Assembly: GCA_964586655.1 (NCBI GenBank) | Contig: CAZPGY010000009.1 | Location: 10,432 to 74,431 of the forward strand | DNA from: an uncultured Flavobacteriaceae bacterium | GTDB lineage: Bacteria > Bacteroidota > Bacteroidia > Flavobacteriales > Flavobacteriaceae | Direction of reading: 5' to 3' | Length of the DNA: 64,000 bases | Shown here: in pieces, positions 36,683-45,989 of the stretch | Numbering within the stretch: the stretch's first letter is position 1 | Layout of the letters: each line of letters opens with the position of its first letter | The notes under the pieces: generated by a model | Told to the model about the DNA's origin: nothing | What the model saw: only the letters and a program-made list of their open reading frames with translations | Database searches by the model: none | Made by a program: the position numbers and the translations under genes

Positions 36683-37708
36683 ATGATGAAACAGATCGAA
36701 ACAGCGCAAATAAAAACCATTTTTGCAGCTTATCAGTCCATTGAATCGGATTTTACTGCAACAGTATTGACATCGGGACATATTAATGTAACTTATTTGA
36801 TTCATAACGGCGGACAGAATTTTGTTTTGCAGCAGCTAAATACCGCAGTATTTAAAAACTTAAGCCTCGTTGTGGAAAATATGAAAACAGTGGCTGCTCA
36901 TTTAAAATCAAAAAGATATCCTAAGCCTGTTTTGACTCCCTTAGCTTTTAAAAAAGGAAGGTTTTTATATGCGGGTTCTTGGCGGTTATTGCCTTATATT
37001 GATAATACACAGACCTTTGAAAAGGTGCAATCTGTAAAACAGGCTTATCAGGCAGCTTCCTCCTTAAGTGAATTTCACTGGTATTTAAAGGATTTAGATT
37101 GTACTCAAATTGAAAATCCTATCCCCGGATTTATAAATTTTAAACAACGGTATCACGATTTTGAATCAGCCTTAAAAAAAGCCGATCCGGATCGCCTAAA
37201 ACAGGCGGAAAAGGCCGTTTCTTATTTAAAAAAGCAGTCCCCTCTCTTGGAACAATGGTTGAGCGTGTGTCCAAAACTGCCACAACGTTTAATACATGCC
37301 GATCCCAAAATTAGTAACTTCTTATTTTCTTCAACTGCGCAAATCAAAGCGATTATTGATTGGGACACTCTTATGGTCGGGCCGATTTTATATGACTTTG
37401 GAGATATGGTACGTTCCTATACCAATTTAAAGGCCGAAGACAATTCACAAAAAGCAGGGGCAAACTTTAGCTATCCACATTATCAGGCCTTGAAAAAAGG
37501 ATTTTTAGAGCATATGAGAAATGAGCTCACACCGGCTGAAATCAATCATTTAGATTTGGCCGGAAAGACAGTTATTTATGTTCAAGGTATTCGATTTTTG
37601 ACAGATTACCTTGCAGGCGATTTATATTATACAACGCAGTATCCAAAGCATAATTTAGATCGTGCACAGAATCAAATTAATTTATTACAAGATTTCTTAA
37701 ACTATTAA
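36683..37708 (+). CDS. APH-fold phosphotransferase (candidate anomeric sugar kinase, NahK/AmgK-like)
   Basis: Brenner motif LIHADPKISNFLF followed by IIDWDT. The ATG lies 2 nt after the upstream stop, and the track start at 36671 is GTG. Confidence 0.65.
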   Translation: MMKQIETAQIKTIFAAYQSIESDFTATVLTSGHINVTYLIHNGGQNFVLQQLNTAVFKNLSLVVENMKTVAAHLKSKRYPKPVLTPLAFKKGRFLYAGSWRLLPYIDNTQTFEKVQSVKQAYQAASSLSEFHWYLKDLDCTQIENPIPGFINFKQRYHDFESALKKADPDRLKQAEKAVSYLKKQSPLLEQWLSVCPKLPQRLIHADPKISNFLFSSTAQIKAIIDWDTLMVGPILYDFGDMVRSYTNLKAEDNSQKAGANFSYPHYQALKKGFLEHMRNELTPAEINHLDLAGKTVIYVQGIRFLTDYLAGDLYYTTQYPKHNLDRAQNQINLLQDFLNY

Positions 37709-37709
37709 G

Positions 37710-38351
37710 ATGCTATCTGCTTCAACCGTTTCGTTTTTTTCTGTTATTGTGGCCACTTATAATAGGGCCAAACTGATCCGGCGAGCTTTGGATTCGTTGT
37801 TGATGCAAACAGAGAAAGATTGGGAACTTGTGTTAGTCGATGATGGAAGTGAAGACAGCACAGCAGATATTCTAAAAAACTATATCGATAAGTTTCCTCA
37901 AATGCATTTTCATCGGCATCAAAAAAATAGGGGCGTAGTGGCCGCTAAGAATACAGGAATTGCCATGGCCCGCGGCCGGTATATTACTTTTCTGGATTCT
38001 GATGATGCCTACAAAGCCGATCACCTGTTGCTGCGGAAGAAAATTTTACAGAAAGACCCAAGCATTGATTTGCTGCATGGAGGTTTTGAAATCATAGGAG
38101 ATGAATATGTGCCCGATATCAATAAAACCGGAGAACAAATTCATTTATCCCAATGCGCCGTCAGTGGCACCTTTTTTATCAAGAAAAGTAAGCTTACCCG
38201 ATTAAAAGGCTTTGCAGGAAAAACCTTGGGGACGGATGCCGATTTTATGAAACGAGCCCAAGCCCAGCACCTGCATATTGAGAAAACAAACCTCCCAACC
38301 TATATTTATTATCGCAATCAGAGAGATTCGATTACCAAAAATCACAAGTAG
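37710..38351 (+). CDS. Glycosyltransferase family 2 (short, soluble)
   Basis: FSVIVATYNRAKLIRRALDSLLMQTEKDWELVLVDDGSEDST and FLDSDD. It starts 1 nt after the upstream stop. Confidence 0.75.
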   Translation: MLSASTVSFFSVIVATYNRAKLIRRALDSLLMQTEKDWELVLVDDGSEDSTADILKNYIDKFPQMHFHRHQKNRGVVAAKNTGIAMARGRYITFLDSDDAYKADHLLLRKKILQKDPSIDLLHGGFEIIGDEYVPDINKTGEQIHLSQCAVSGTFFIKKSKLTRLKGFAGKTLGTDADFMKRAQAQHLHIEKTNLPTYIYYRNQRDSITKNHK

Positions 38352-38426
38352 CCCACAAGGCTTTAATTATGCATCGATTTTTATTACCTTTACGCGCTTA
38401 AGAAACGAAATACTAAATCTTGAAAT

Positions 38427-39248
38427 ATGTCATATAATCTACTGAAAGGAAAACGGGGAATTATTTTTGGTGCTTTAGATCAAAATTCCATTGCTTGGAA
38501 AACGGCAGAGCGCGTTCATGAGGAAGGCGGAAAATTTGTACTGACCAATGCACCGGTGGCGCTGCGTATGGGCGGATTAAAAGAATTGGCTGAAAAAACA
38601 GGATCTGAAATTATTCCTGCCGACGCCACCAATGAGGAAGATTTGCAAAACCTGGTGGATCAAGCCACTGAAATCTTGGGCGGAAAACTCGATTTTGTTT
38701 TGCACTCCATCGGAATGTCGGTTAACGTGAGAAAAGGGAAACATTATACCGGTCAAAATTATAAATTCACCGAAAAAGGCTGGGATGTTTCGGCCTTGTC
38801 CTTTCACAAAACCATGCAAACCCTTTATCAAAAAGAAGCCATGAATGAATGGGGCAGTATCGTAGCTTTGACCTATATGGCTGCTCAACGCGTTTTCCCC
38901 GATTATAATGACATGGCAGATAACAAGGCTTATTTGGAATCCATTGCTCGTAGTTTTGGTTATTTCTTCGGTACCCAAAACAAAGTGCGCGTGAATACCA
39001 TCTCTCAATCGCCTACAAAAACAACTGCCGGAAGTGGTGTAAAAGGATTTTCCGGATTTATGGCGTTTGCCGATAAAATGGCACCGCTGGGCAATGCTGA
39101 TGGAGAAGATTGTGCCAACTATATCACCACCTTGTTTTCAGATTTAACCCGAAAAGTAACCTTGCAAAACCTCTTTCACGATGGCGGATTCTCAAAAATG
39201 GGGGTCAGTGAAGCCGTGATGGAAGCTTTTGAAAAAGGAATGGAATAA
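38427..39248 (+). CDS. fabI: Enoyl-[acyl-carrier-protein] reductase (NADH)
   Basis: LKGKRGIIFGALDQNSIAW N-terminus with SDR-like FabI architecture, 273 aa. Confidence 0.8.
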   Translation: MSYNLLKGKRGIIFGALDQNSIAWKTAERVHEEGGKFVLTNAPVALRMGGLKELAEKTGSEIIPADATNEEDLQNLVDQATEILGGKLDFVLHSIGMSVNVRKGKHYTGQNYKFTEKGWDVSALSFHKTMQTLYQKEAMNEWGSIVALTYMAAQRVFPDYNDMADNKAYLESIARSFGYFFGTQNKVRVNTISQSPTKTTAGSGVKGFSGFMAFADKMAPLGNADGEDCANYITTLFSDLTRKVTLQNLFHDGGFSKMGVSEAVMEAFEKGME

Positions 39249-39445
39249 TACCGATTAAACCTATAAAATAGTTCAATATTTAGGTCTAAATTTTAAATCT
39301 CTGCGTTAATTCCGCACGTGCGGGACGTCATAAGTACGGCTATGCCTGCGCCTGTGTCTGCCGACGAGGCAGGTTTTTTGCCTTGACCTTTAAAATTTAT
39401 CCTATATATCTTTAGACGATTTAATAGATTAAATTGGTATAATAA
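39246..39445 (+). repeat. R1 family copy B (longest)
   Basis: Begins TAATACCGATTAAAC, where TAA is the fabI stop codon. It contains CCGCACGTGCGG and a second hairpin ctgcc-gacga-ggcag, and ends AAATTGGTATAAT. Confidence 0.75.
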
Positions 39446-39506
39446 GGAAAACATGGATGAAGAAACCTGCGGTGTTTTGACGCTTTGGATGGCAAATATG
39501 GTCAGC

Positions 39507-39998
39507 TCATCGTTTAAATTCTATCACTTCTAAGTCTTTAATCTCGACACCATTGATTGTAAACCGCAACATGGTGCGTTTTTGATGAAATCCTTGCTTA
39601 CCAATGGCACCGGGGTTCATGTGAAGAAGTTTTAAATTTCTATCATTCATTACCTTTAAAATATGAGAATGTCCGCTGATAAATAATTTCGGCGGATTTT
39701 TTTTGATTTCTTCTCTAATGCGTCGGTCATACCTTCCGGGATAACCACCGATGTGAGTGATCCATACCGCTACATTTTCACAATAAAAACGTTGGTGCAA
39801 AGGAAAAGACCGGCGGACTTTAGCATCGTCAATATTGCCATAAACTGCACGGAGAGGAGCAAGCTGCTCGAGCTTTTCAGCTACGCTGATGTTGCCAATA
39901 TCTCCCGCATGCCACACTTCATCAGCCTCACGAGCATACTTTAAAATCTTTTGGTCCATATAGCTGTGCGTGTCGCTAAGTAAAAGGATTTTTGTCAT
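39507..39998 (-). CDS. YfcE/MJ0936-family metallophosphoesterase
   Basis: Motifs LLLSDTHS, HAGDIG, GNID and SGHSH. Confidence 0.8.
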   Translation of the reverse strand: MTKILLLSDTHSYMDQKILKYAREADEVWHAGDIGNISVAEKLEQLAPLRAVYGNIDDAKVRRSFPLHQRFYCENVAVWITHIGGYPGRYDRRIREEIKKNPPKLFISGHSHILKVMNDRNLKLLHMNPGAIGKQGFHQKRTMLRFTINGVEIKDLEVIEFKR

Positions 39999-40195
39999 GG
40001 TGCAATAAATTTTTGAAACCGCAGGAGGTTTTTGGAGTTAAGATTTGCGAAGGGTCTCTATAACTCACAAATCCCAAATATAGTAGAAATAGGTCGTAAA
40101 TATTCTGCTGAACCCGCCCGGATTTTTCAGGCTGATGTTTCTTCGTTTTCTAATAAGAAAATGATTTATGAATAGGGCTGCGGATTTTCAGAATA

Positions 40196-40355
40196 AATTT
40201 TAAAGCTCAAGATGAAAACCTGCCTTGTCGACCGACGCAGACACAGCCTTAGCAGTGATGAACATTGAGTTTGTCTTGAGCCTGCCGAAATGTAGCGGTT
40301 TGAAATTTAGCCACCAATATTGGCCTTTTATCTTTGCAGGTCGTTTTGGTGTTAT
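40196..40355 (-). repeat. R1 family copy G (inverted, diverged)
   Basis: ttttaaagctcaagatgaaaacctgcc..gacgcagacacagcc..ggtttgaaatttagccaccaatattgg..tttgcaggtcgttttggtgtt aligns with the reverse complement of copy B. Confidence 0.6.
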
Positions 40356-40470
40356 TTTTGAATTGGTTTCCGTGCCCGACAGTGAAGACTTTTTAAGATA
40401 AAAAACCGTCCGAAAGTTATTAGCTTCCGGACGGTGACCGTTTAAACATAGCAATTTAATCCACTATAGA

Positions 40471-42396
40471 CTACTCTTTAATAAGTTTGTAAGTCTTTAT
40501 CTTCCCTTGAATATTAACTTTCATAAAGTAAATACCTTGTTCTAAGTTTCCGGTCCTCAACTGAACTTTTGTTTCCTCAGGTTGCACATCAATCACTTTT
40601 TGGCCGAGCATATTGTAAACCAAAATGTGCTTAATTTGCTGTCCTGCCTCTAAGTTCAGATTATCTTGAACCGGGTTAGGGTAGTACACAAAATTCTTAA
40701 AGTTTTGCTCTTCAACACCGAGATCCTTATTGGTTTTAAAAGTCTTCGGACCGGCCGGTGCACTTACATCATTTGAAAGTGTATCACAGATGGCTGCGAC
40801 ATAAACATCATATTTTGTGTCATCGTTTAAGTTTTGTAGTTGAATGCTATTGGTCGAAGTATACATAAAAGAACCTCCTTGTCCGATGGTAAAATTATGA
40901 GGCCCATAATACACTTTCCAAAAGCTTTCACTGCCTCCTGCATCCCAACTAACATCAGCGTGATGTTCTCCAATATTGTTTACTTTAATATTGCTTGGTT
41001 TGGGACAAGAAGCTTTAATTTCAATGTCATCCACAAATAGATGAAATCCGTTTTGACCTGATGTAGCGTGAAATCCAAAATAATAAACGCCACTGTTGTT
41101 TACGGTAAAACTGATTGTATCTCCAACAGCTTCTCCTGCGACAATTTGAGTATAAACAGCTAATTGATTATTCTGTTGACTAGAATCAGCATATATTCCA
41201 TAGGTCACTTCCATACTTTCAGCATAAAATGAATAATTCCCATATTTATAAGAAATCTGATAGTTTGTGCCGGCTGTTAAATTGATTCCTTGTGTAAAAT
41301 ACCATGCATCTGCATCTTTACCATTATTAATTTTTTCATGATACAAAACTTGATTTGTAAATCCGGGCGTTGAAGAATTGGCTATATCATAAGTTTCCCA
41401 CTCATTTCCATTACCGGTTTGTTGTGAGCTACAGTCGGGAACAGCCGGCAGATTTATACTTTCAAAATCCTGATAGAAAGGAACATCTGTAGCGATACAT
41501 TGCGTCTTAAAGGTTATAGGGCCAACTATATCACTTGTGTCGCCAGGACCACAAATTGCTTTTACATAAACATCATAACTTTTGTCATCGGTTAAATTTT
41601 GCAATGTCTTTTCCGGATTATTATTAACCAAAACCGTATCTCCTGCATTTCCAAGTATGAATCCGTTGGCGCCATAGATTATCGCCCATTTTTGTTCAGA
41701 TCCATCCGGAACCCAAGAAATATGAGCTGCATTTTCAGTAATTAAATCAGCACTCAATTTTCTTGGTTTAGGACAAGTAGGAGGGGGTAAAATATAAATT
41801 TTATAATCATGTACTTCCCCATATGTTCTGGGGTTTGATCCATTATTACAAGGAGAATAATCCGTAGAATCGGTGGTCACGCCATTCCAACCTACCATTA
41901 CACGCATTCTGTGAATCCCGGTTGGCGCTGAAATGGGAATATAGATATCAATAGAATCGCCTTGCACATAACTCCCTCCTTGATTTGAACTCACCGCGTC
42001 TGTAGATACGCCGTATCGCTCTGAGTTTTGAAAAGTATAATCATCATTGGCATCAATCCATAAGGCGGCATATTCTGTACCTGTAGAACCGGAAACAACT
42101 TTTGCATAGTAATGTTCTCCGGGAAGCAATTCAACTATACCTTGTGAGGTTCGATCGTCATAAGCACCGGAAGAGCAGCCGGTCCCCAAGTCAATAATAG
42201 TGGTTCCATATTCACCGGCCAATTTAAAATCATCAATCATATGACCATTACTACAGCCGTATGAAAAAGTAGGAATACAATAACTTTGTGCTCTGCTTGT
42301 CCAATAGAACAGTGTCATGAACACAAATAATAGGGTCGTGATTTTTGAAGAAGTAGTGCAATAATGCATCTGTTTCATTAGTCTAAATCGTTTCAT
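40471..42396 (-). CDS. T9SS-secreted protein with a GEVED domain and two fibronectin-III-like modules
   Basis: Signal peptide, then YGEVHDYKIYI (GEVED). Two CPKP-initiated FN3-like repeats end in ..DVYV.AIC..GP.TFKT. C-terminal sorting domain VYYPNPVQDNL...GIYFMKV. Confidence 0.7.
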   Translation of the reverse strand: MKRFRLMKQMHYCTTSSKITTLLFVFMTLFYWTSRAQSYCIPTFSYGCSNGHMIDDFKLAGEYGTTIIDLGTGCSSGAYDDRTSQGIVELLPGEHYYAKVVSGSTGTEYAALWIDANDDYTFQNSERYGVSTDAVSSNQGGSYVQGDSIDIYIPISAPTGIHRMRVMVGWNGVTTDSTDYSPCNNGSNPRTYGEVHDYKIYILPPPTCPKPRKLSADLITENAAHISWVPDGSEQKWAIIYGANGFILGNAGDTVLVNNNPEKTLQNLTDDKSYDVYVKAICGPGDTSDIVGPITFKTQCIATDVPFYQDFESINLPAVPDCSSQQTGNGNEWETYDIANSSTPGFTNQVLYHEKINNGKDADAWYFTQGINLTAGTNYQISYKYGNYSFYAESMEVTYGIYADSSQQNNQLAVYTQIVAGEAVGDTISFTVNNSGVYYFGFHATSGQNGFHLFVDDIEIKASCPKPSNIKVNNIGEHHADVSWDAGGSESFWKVYYGPHNFTIGQGGSFMYTSTNSIQLQNLNDDTKYDVYVAAICDTLSNDVSAPAGPKTFKTNKDLGVEEQNFKNFVYYPNPVQDNLNLEAGQQIKHILVYNMLGQKVIDVQPEETKVQLRTGNLEQGIYFMKVNIQGKIKTYKLIKE

Positions 42397-43149
42397 ATCT
42401 TTTAATTTTATGGGTTCTGTCTTTATATCAACCTAAAATTAAAATTGTTACCCCTTAAAATTTGTTTTTTGGCTATTCACCCGCTTTTCGGAATAATTGA
42501 TCATTATAAATAATTGCGATGACTTGGTCAGAAAAGTAATTAATAATGAGCCTGTTGATAGAACTCGATTGGCTTCGGGGAGAAAATTAAGACCAAATCC
42601 AACAGGAATGGGTTACAAATACCCTGCTGAACTCGTCCGGTTTTTCAAATTGATGGCGCACTATCACAACAAATATAAATGTAAACTTCCGTGAAAAATT
42701 GCACTTGTTATAGAAGAAAATTTACTTGTATATTGTTGCTTATTAAATCTTTATGAATAATCTGTTTCTCTTAAATCGATGGTTGTTTCCGGTTATAACT
42801 ATGTGAATATAACCAGAAGCAGGGTTCCTACATTTTACAGAAGTTTTTGCTTGAAATCGTTTCGAATTTTGGGATGGAGGAGAAACCTGACGCCTGTCAG
42901 GTGTGGGCGGTGAAATTATATTGCGGTTATATAGGAAGTCTTTATAGCAGCTCCTTAAAAAGGGGTTGTACACTCTCTTTCCTTAATTTTTTAATAGACT
43001 GCAATTGCACGCAGTTGAAATAAGTTTGCTTCCTTTTTCTATCCTCATACGCCTTCAATTTCTTATTTTTGTGATCAATCCATCAAAATGGAAAATCTAA
43101 TGATACTCATTCGGAGTTGATGATAACCAAAATAAAAAATAATATTCTT

Positions 43150-45708
43150 ATGCATAAAACCAAACATTATGTCCAAGGCAATTGGGTAGAAGGAAAGGGG
43201 GAAGGCAAACCGATTTATGATGCCGTGACCGGAGCAGTACACACAACCGTAACCACAGAAGGTCTCGATATTCCTGATATTTTGCAATACGGTCGCGAAA
43301 AAGGGGAAGCCCTGCGTAAAATGACCTTTATTGAACGGGGGAATATGTTGAAACAACTCGCTTTTCACTTGTTGAAAAACAAGAAAAAATTTTATGAAGA
43401 AAGCTATCACAGTGGAACCACCAAAGCCGATGCTTGGTTTGATATCGATGGCGGTATTGGCAATCTGTTTGCCAATGCTTCTCTGCGTAAAGAATTTCCT
43501 AACAAACCCTACCACGTAGAAGGTTATCCTGTAGATTTGTCACGTGGCGGAAAATTTATGGGACATCATATTCTGGTGCCTAAGGAAGGCGTTGCTGTTC
43601 ACATCAACGCTTTTAATTTTCCGGTTTGGGGAATGCTTGAAAAATGTGCCCCCAACTGGATGGCCGGAATGCCGGCGGTGGTCAAACCGGCTTCCGATAC
43701 CGCTTATGTGACCGAAGCAGTAGTCAAAGAAATTATTGCTTCCGGAATTTTGCCCGAAGGTGCCATCCAATTAATCAGCGGATCGGCTCATACACTTTTA
43801 GATGCTGTCCAGTCTCAAGATGTGGTCACCTTTACCGGATCGGCCGATACCGGGAAAATGCTGAAAACCACTCCGCAAGTCATTGCCGAATCGGTCCCTT
43901 TTAATATGGAAGCCGATTCTTTAAATGCTTGTGTATTGGGAGAAGATGCCAAGCCCGGAACCCCCGAGTTCAAGCTGTTTATCCGTGAAATTCGTCGAGA
44001 AATGACCTCCAAATGCGGGCAAAAATGTACCGCAATACGCCGAGTGATTGTTCCTGAAAATTTGATGGAGGACGTACAAATTGCTTTGGGGAAATCGCTG
44101 GACAAAATTACCGTAGGGAACCCCAGACTTAAGGAAGTTCGTATGGGAGCTTTGGTCAGCCGCAAGCAGTTGGAAGAAGTGCGTAGTCGCATTAAAGAAA
44201 TTTCTGCAACCGCCGATTTGGTTTATGGCGATGCTGAAAAAGTGGAAACCCTGGATGCCGATGCTCAAAAAGGCGCCTTTATCAGTCCCGTTTTATTGCG
44301 AGAGAACAATCCGCTTAAAAACACGTCTGTGCATGAAACCGAAGCCTTTGGACCGGTGAGCACTTTGATGCCGTATAAATCTTTGGAAGAAGCCATAAAG
44401 ATTGCTAAACTTGGAAAAGGCTCTTTGGTCAGCTCTATTTTCACGAATGATGATACCATTGCTCGTGATTTTACGGTTAGTGCAGCGACACATCACGGCC
44501 GTATTTTGGCCATCAACCGCGAAAGTGCCAAACAAAGTACCGGACATGGTTCTCCCTTGCCAACCTTGGTTCACGGAGGTCCCGGGCGTGCCGGCGGAGG
44601 CGAAGAAATGGGGGGATTGCGCGGCATTAAGCATTTTATGCAGCGCTGTGCCGTACAAGGATCACCGACTACCCTCACTGAAGTTACCGGAATATATCAG
44701 CCCAATGCCGATTATAAGGAAGCTGAAAAACATCCGTTTGCTTACCATTGGGAGGATATCCAGCCCGGAATGTCACTCAAAACGCACAGCCGCACCATCA
44801 CGGATTCCGATATCATTAACTTCGGTAACCTGACGTGGGATCATTTTTATGCGCATACCGATAACACTTCTTTGGATGGAACCATTTTCGACCATCGCAC
44901 TGCGCATGGGTATTTTATTGTATCCTTGGCAGCCGGATTGTTTGTTTATCCCAATAAGGGTCCGGTGGCGGCTAATTATGGCCTGGAAGACATCCGTTTT
45001 ATTCGACCATTATATCACAACGATACGGTACATGTACGCCTGACTTGTAAAGAAAAAGTTGATCGCGATCAAAAGGGAAAAGTTTTGCCCAGTGGTATTG
45101 TGAAATGGTATGTGGAAGTTTTTGATACCAATGTTACCAAAGGTAATATTCCGGAGGATGAGCTGGAAGATAAGGAAGAATTGGTTGCTGTGGCTACCAT
45201 TTTGACGATGGTACAGAAAAAACAAAACACTTTTGTGGAAATAACCGATGCGCTTGTTGATAGAGCTCTGGGAAAATTAAAAGCAGATGCAAAACCTGAA
45301 TGGGGACAAATGACGCCACAACAGATGGTAGAACACCTCAGACAAGGATATTTGTTAGCAGCCGGAAAGCTTGGAGACTTTGAAGTCGTTACCCCCGAAA
45401 AATACCTCGAAGAAACTCAAGCCTCACTATGGAACTATGAGCCCATGCCAAAGTTTTATAAGTTCCCATTGTACAAAGATGATAAATTACCGGAATTACA
45501 ATACGAGGACTTGGCAACGGCAATAGAAAAAATGAAGGAAGCACGAAAGACTTATCAACAGTTTTTTGTGAAACATCCTGACGCCACAACTCAACACCCC
45601 GTTTTTGGGGAGATGACAAGGTTTGAATGGAAATTGTTGAACCGCAAACACTTGAATCATCATTTTAACCAATTTAAGCTTTTGGAAGGGGAAAAAGTTG
45701 GAGCGTAA
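43150..45708 (+). CDS. paaZ: PaaZ-like aldehyde dehydrogenase / MaoC hydratase with an extra C-terminal DinB-like (DUF1569-type) domain
   Basis: ALDH domain with catalytic Cys (GQKCTAIRR), then a MaoC hot-dog domain (ITDSDIINFGNLTWDHFYAHTD). The 160-aa tail ends HPVFGEMTRFEWKLLNRKHLNHHFNQF. An alternative ATG lies at 43120. Confidence 0.75.
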   Translation: MHKTKHYVQGNWVEGKGEGKPIYDAVTGAVHTTVTTEGLDIPDILQYGREKGEALRKMTFIERGNMLKQLAFHLLKNKKKFYEESYHSGTTKADAWFDIDGGIGNLFANASLRKEFPNKPYHVEGYPVDLSRGGKFMGHHILVPKEGVAVHINAFNFPVWGMLEKCAPNWMAGMPAVVKPASDTAYVTEAVVKEIIASGILPEGAIQLISGSAHTLLDAVQSQDVVTFTGSADTGKMLKTTPQVIAESVPFNMEADSLNACVLGEDAKPGTPEFKLFIREIRREMTSKCGQKCTAIRRVIVPENLMEDVQIALGKSLDKITVGNPRLKEVRMGALVSRKQLEEVRSRIKEISATADLVYGDAEKVETLDADAQKGAFISPVLLRENNPLKNTSVHETEAFGPVSTLMPYKSLEEAIKIAKLGKGSLVSSIFTNDDTIARDFTVSAATHHGRILAINRESAKQSTGHGSPLPTLVHGGPGRAGGGEEMGGLRGIKHFMQRCAVQGSPTTLTEVTGIYQPNADYKEAEKHPFAYHWEDIQPGMSLKTHSRTITDSDIINFGNLTWDHFYAHTDNTSLDGTIFDHRTAHGYFIVSLAAGLFVYPNKGPVAANYGLEDIRFIRPLYHNDTVHVRLTCKEKVDRDQKGKVLPSGIVKWYVEVFDTNVTKGNIPEDELEDKEELVAVATILTMVQKKQNTFVEITDALVDRALGKLKADAKPEWGQMTPQQMVEHLRQGYLLAAGKLGDFEVVTPEKYLEETQASLWNYEPMPKFYKFPLYKDDKLPELQYEDLATAIEKMKEARKTYQQFFVKHPDATTQHPVFGEMTRFEWKLLNRKHLNHHFNQFKLLEGEKVGA

Positions 45709-45727
45709 AATCCTTATAGGAGGGCAT

Positions 45728-45744
45728 TGCGCACTTGTTGCGCA
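45728..45744. repeat. Solo palindrome TGCGCA-CTTGT-TGCGCA (R3 head motif)
   Basis: 6-bp perfect arms with a 5-nt spacer. The same motif heads the R3 units. Confidence 0.7.
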
Positions 45745-45775
45745 GTAAGAAAAGAAGAATCGTCAAAAAAAGTCC

Positions 45776-45878
45776 CTGCGCATTTATTGCGCAGGCGGTT
45801 TAATAAAGAAGCGATGCGCTGAATGATAGTCCCGTCGTGAAAGGAACCGAATACGCAACGGGTGCGGATTGATTTGCG
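45776..45878 (+). repeat. Structured repeat family R3, unit 1
   Basis: CTGCGCATTTATTGCGCAG + gcggtttaataaagaagcgatgcgctgaatgatagtcccgtcgtgaaaggaaccgaatacgcaacgggtgcggattga. It is near-identical to 46817-46920 and 46980-47084. Confidence 0.85.
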
Positions 45879-45945
45879 GTTGAGCGTTAGTTTGTGTGCA
45901 TTTGTTGCGCAGTAAAGAAAAATGAATTATCAAATAAAAATGTCA

Positions 45946-45964
45946 CTGCGCACTTGTTGCGCAG
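45946..45964. repeat. Solo palindrome CTGCGCACTTGTTGCGCAG, 26 nt upstream of the enoyl-CoA hydratase ATG
   Basis: 7-bp perfect arms. It is preceded by the same aaataaaaatgtca flank as the R3 units. Confidence 0.7.
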
Positions 45965-45989
45965 ATCCCATCAATAAAAACAAAATACG

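Noticed and set aside
39463-40032. The short inverted repeat AAACCTGCGG / CCGCAGGAGGTTT flanking the metallophosphoesterase gene might be a mobile cassette boundary.
   Set aside because: Only about 8 nt match, which is compatible with chance. The gene is an ordinary housekeeping-type YfcE phosphoesterase, and there are no target duplications or recombinase genes.
40200-40454. An 84-aa ORF here, and an 80-aa ORF at 57550-57792.
   Set aside because: Both lie over copies of the R1 intergenic repeat. Their open frames are not preserved in the other copies, so they are not coding.
42497-42694. A 65-aa plus-strand ORF, and a 76-aa minus-strand ORF at 42743-42973, in the paaZ upstream region.
   Set aside because: Neither has motifs, a plausible context or any sign of conservation. 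The region is treated as non-coding and structured.
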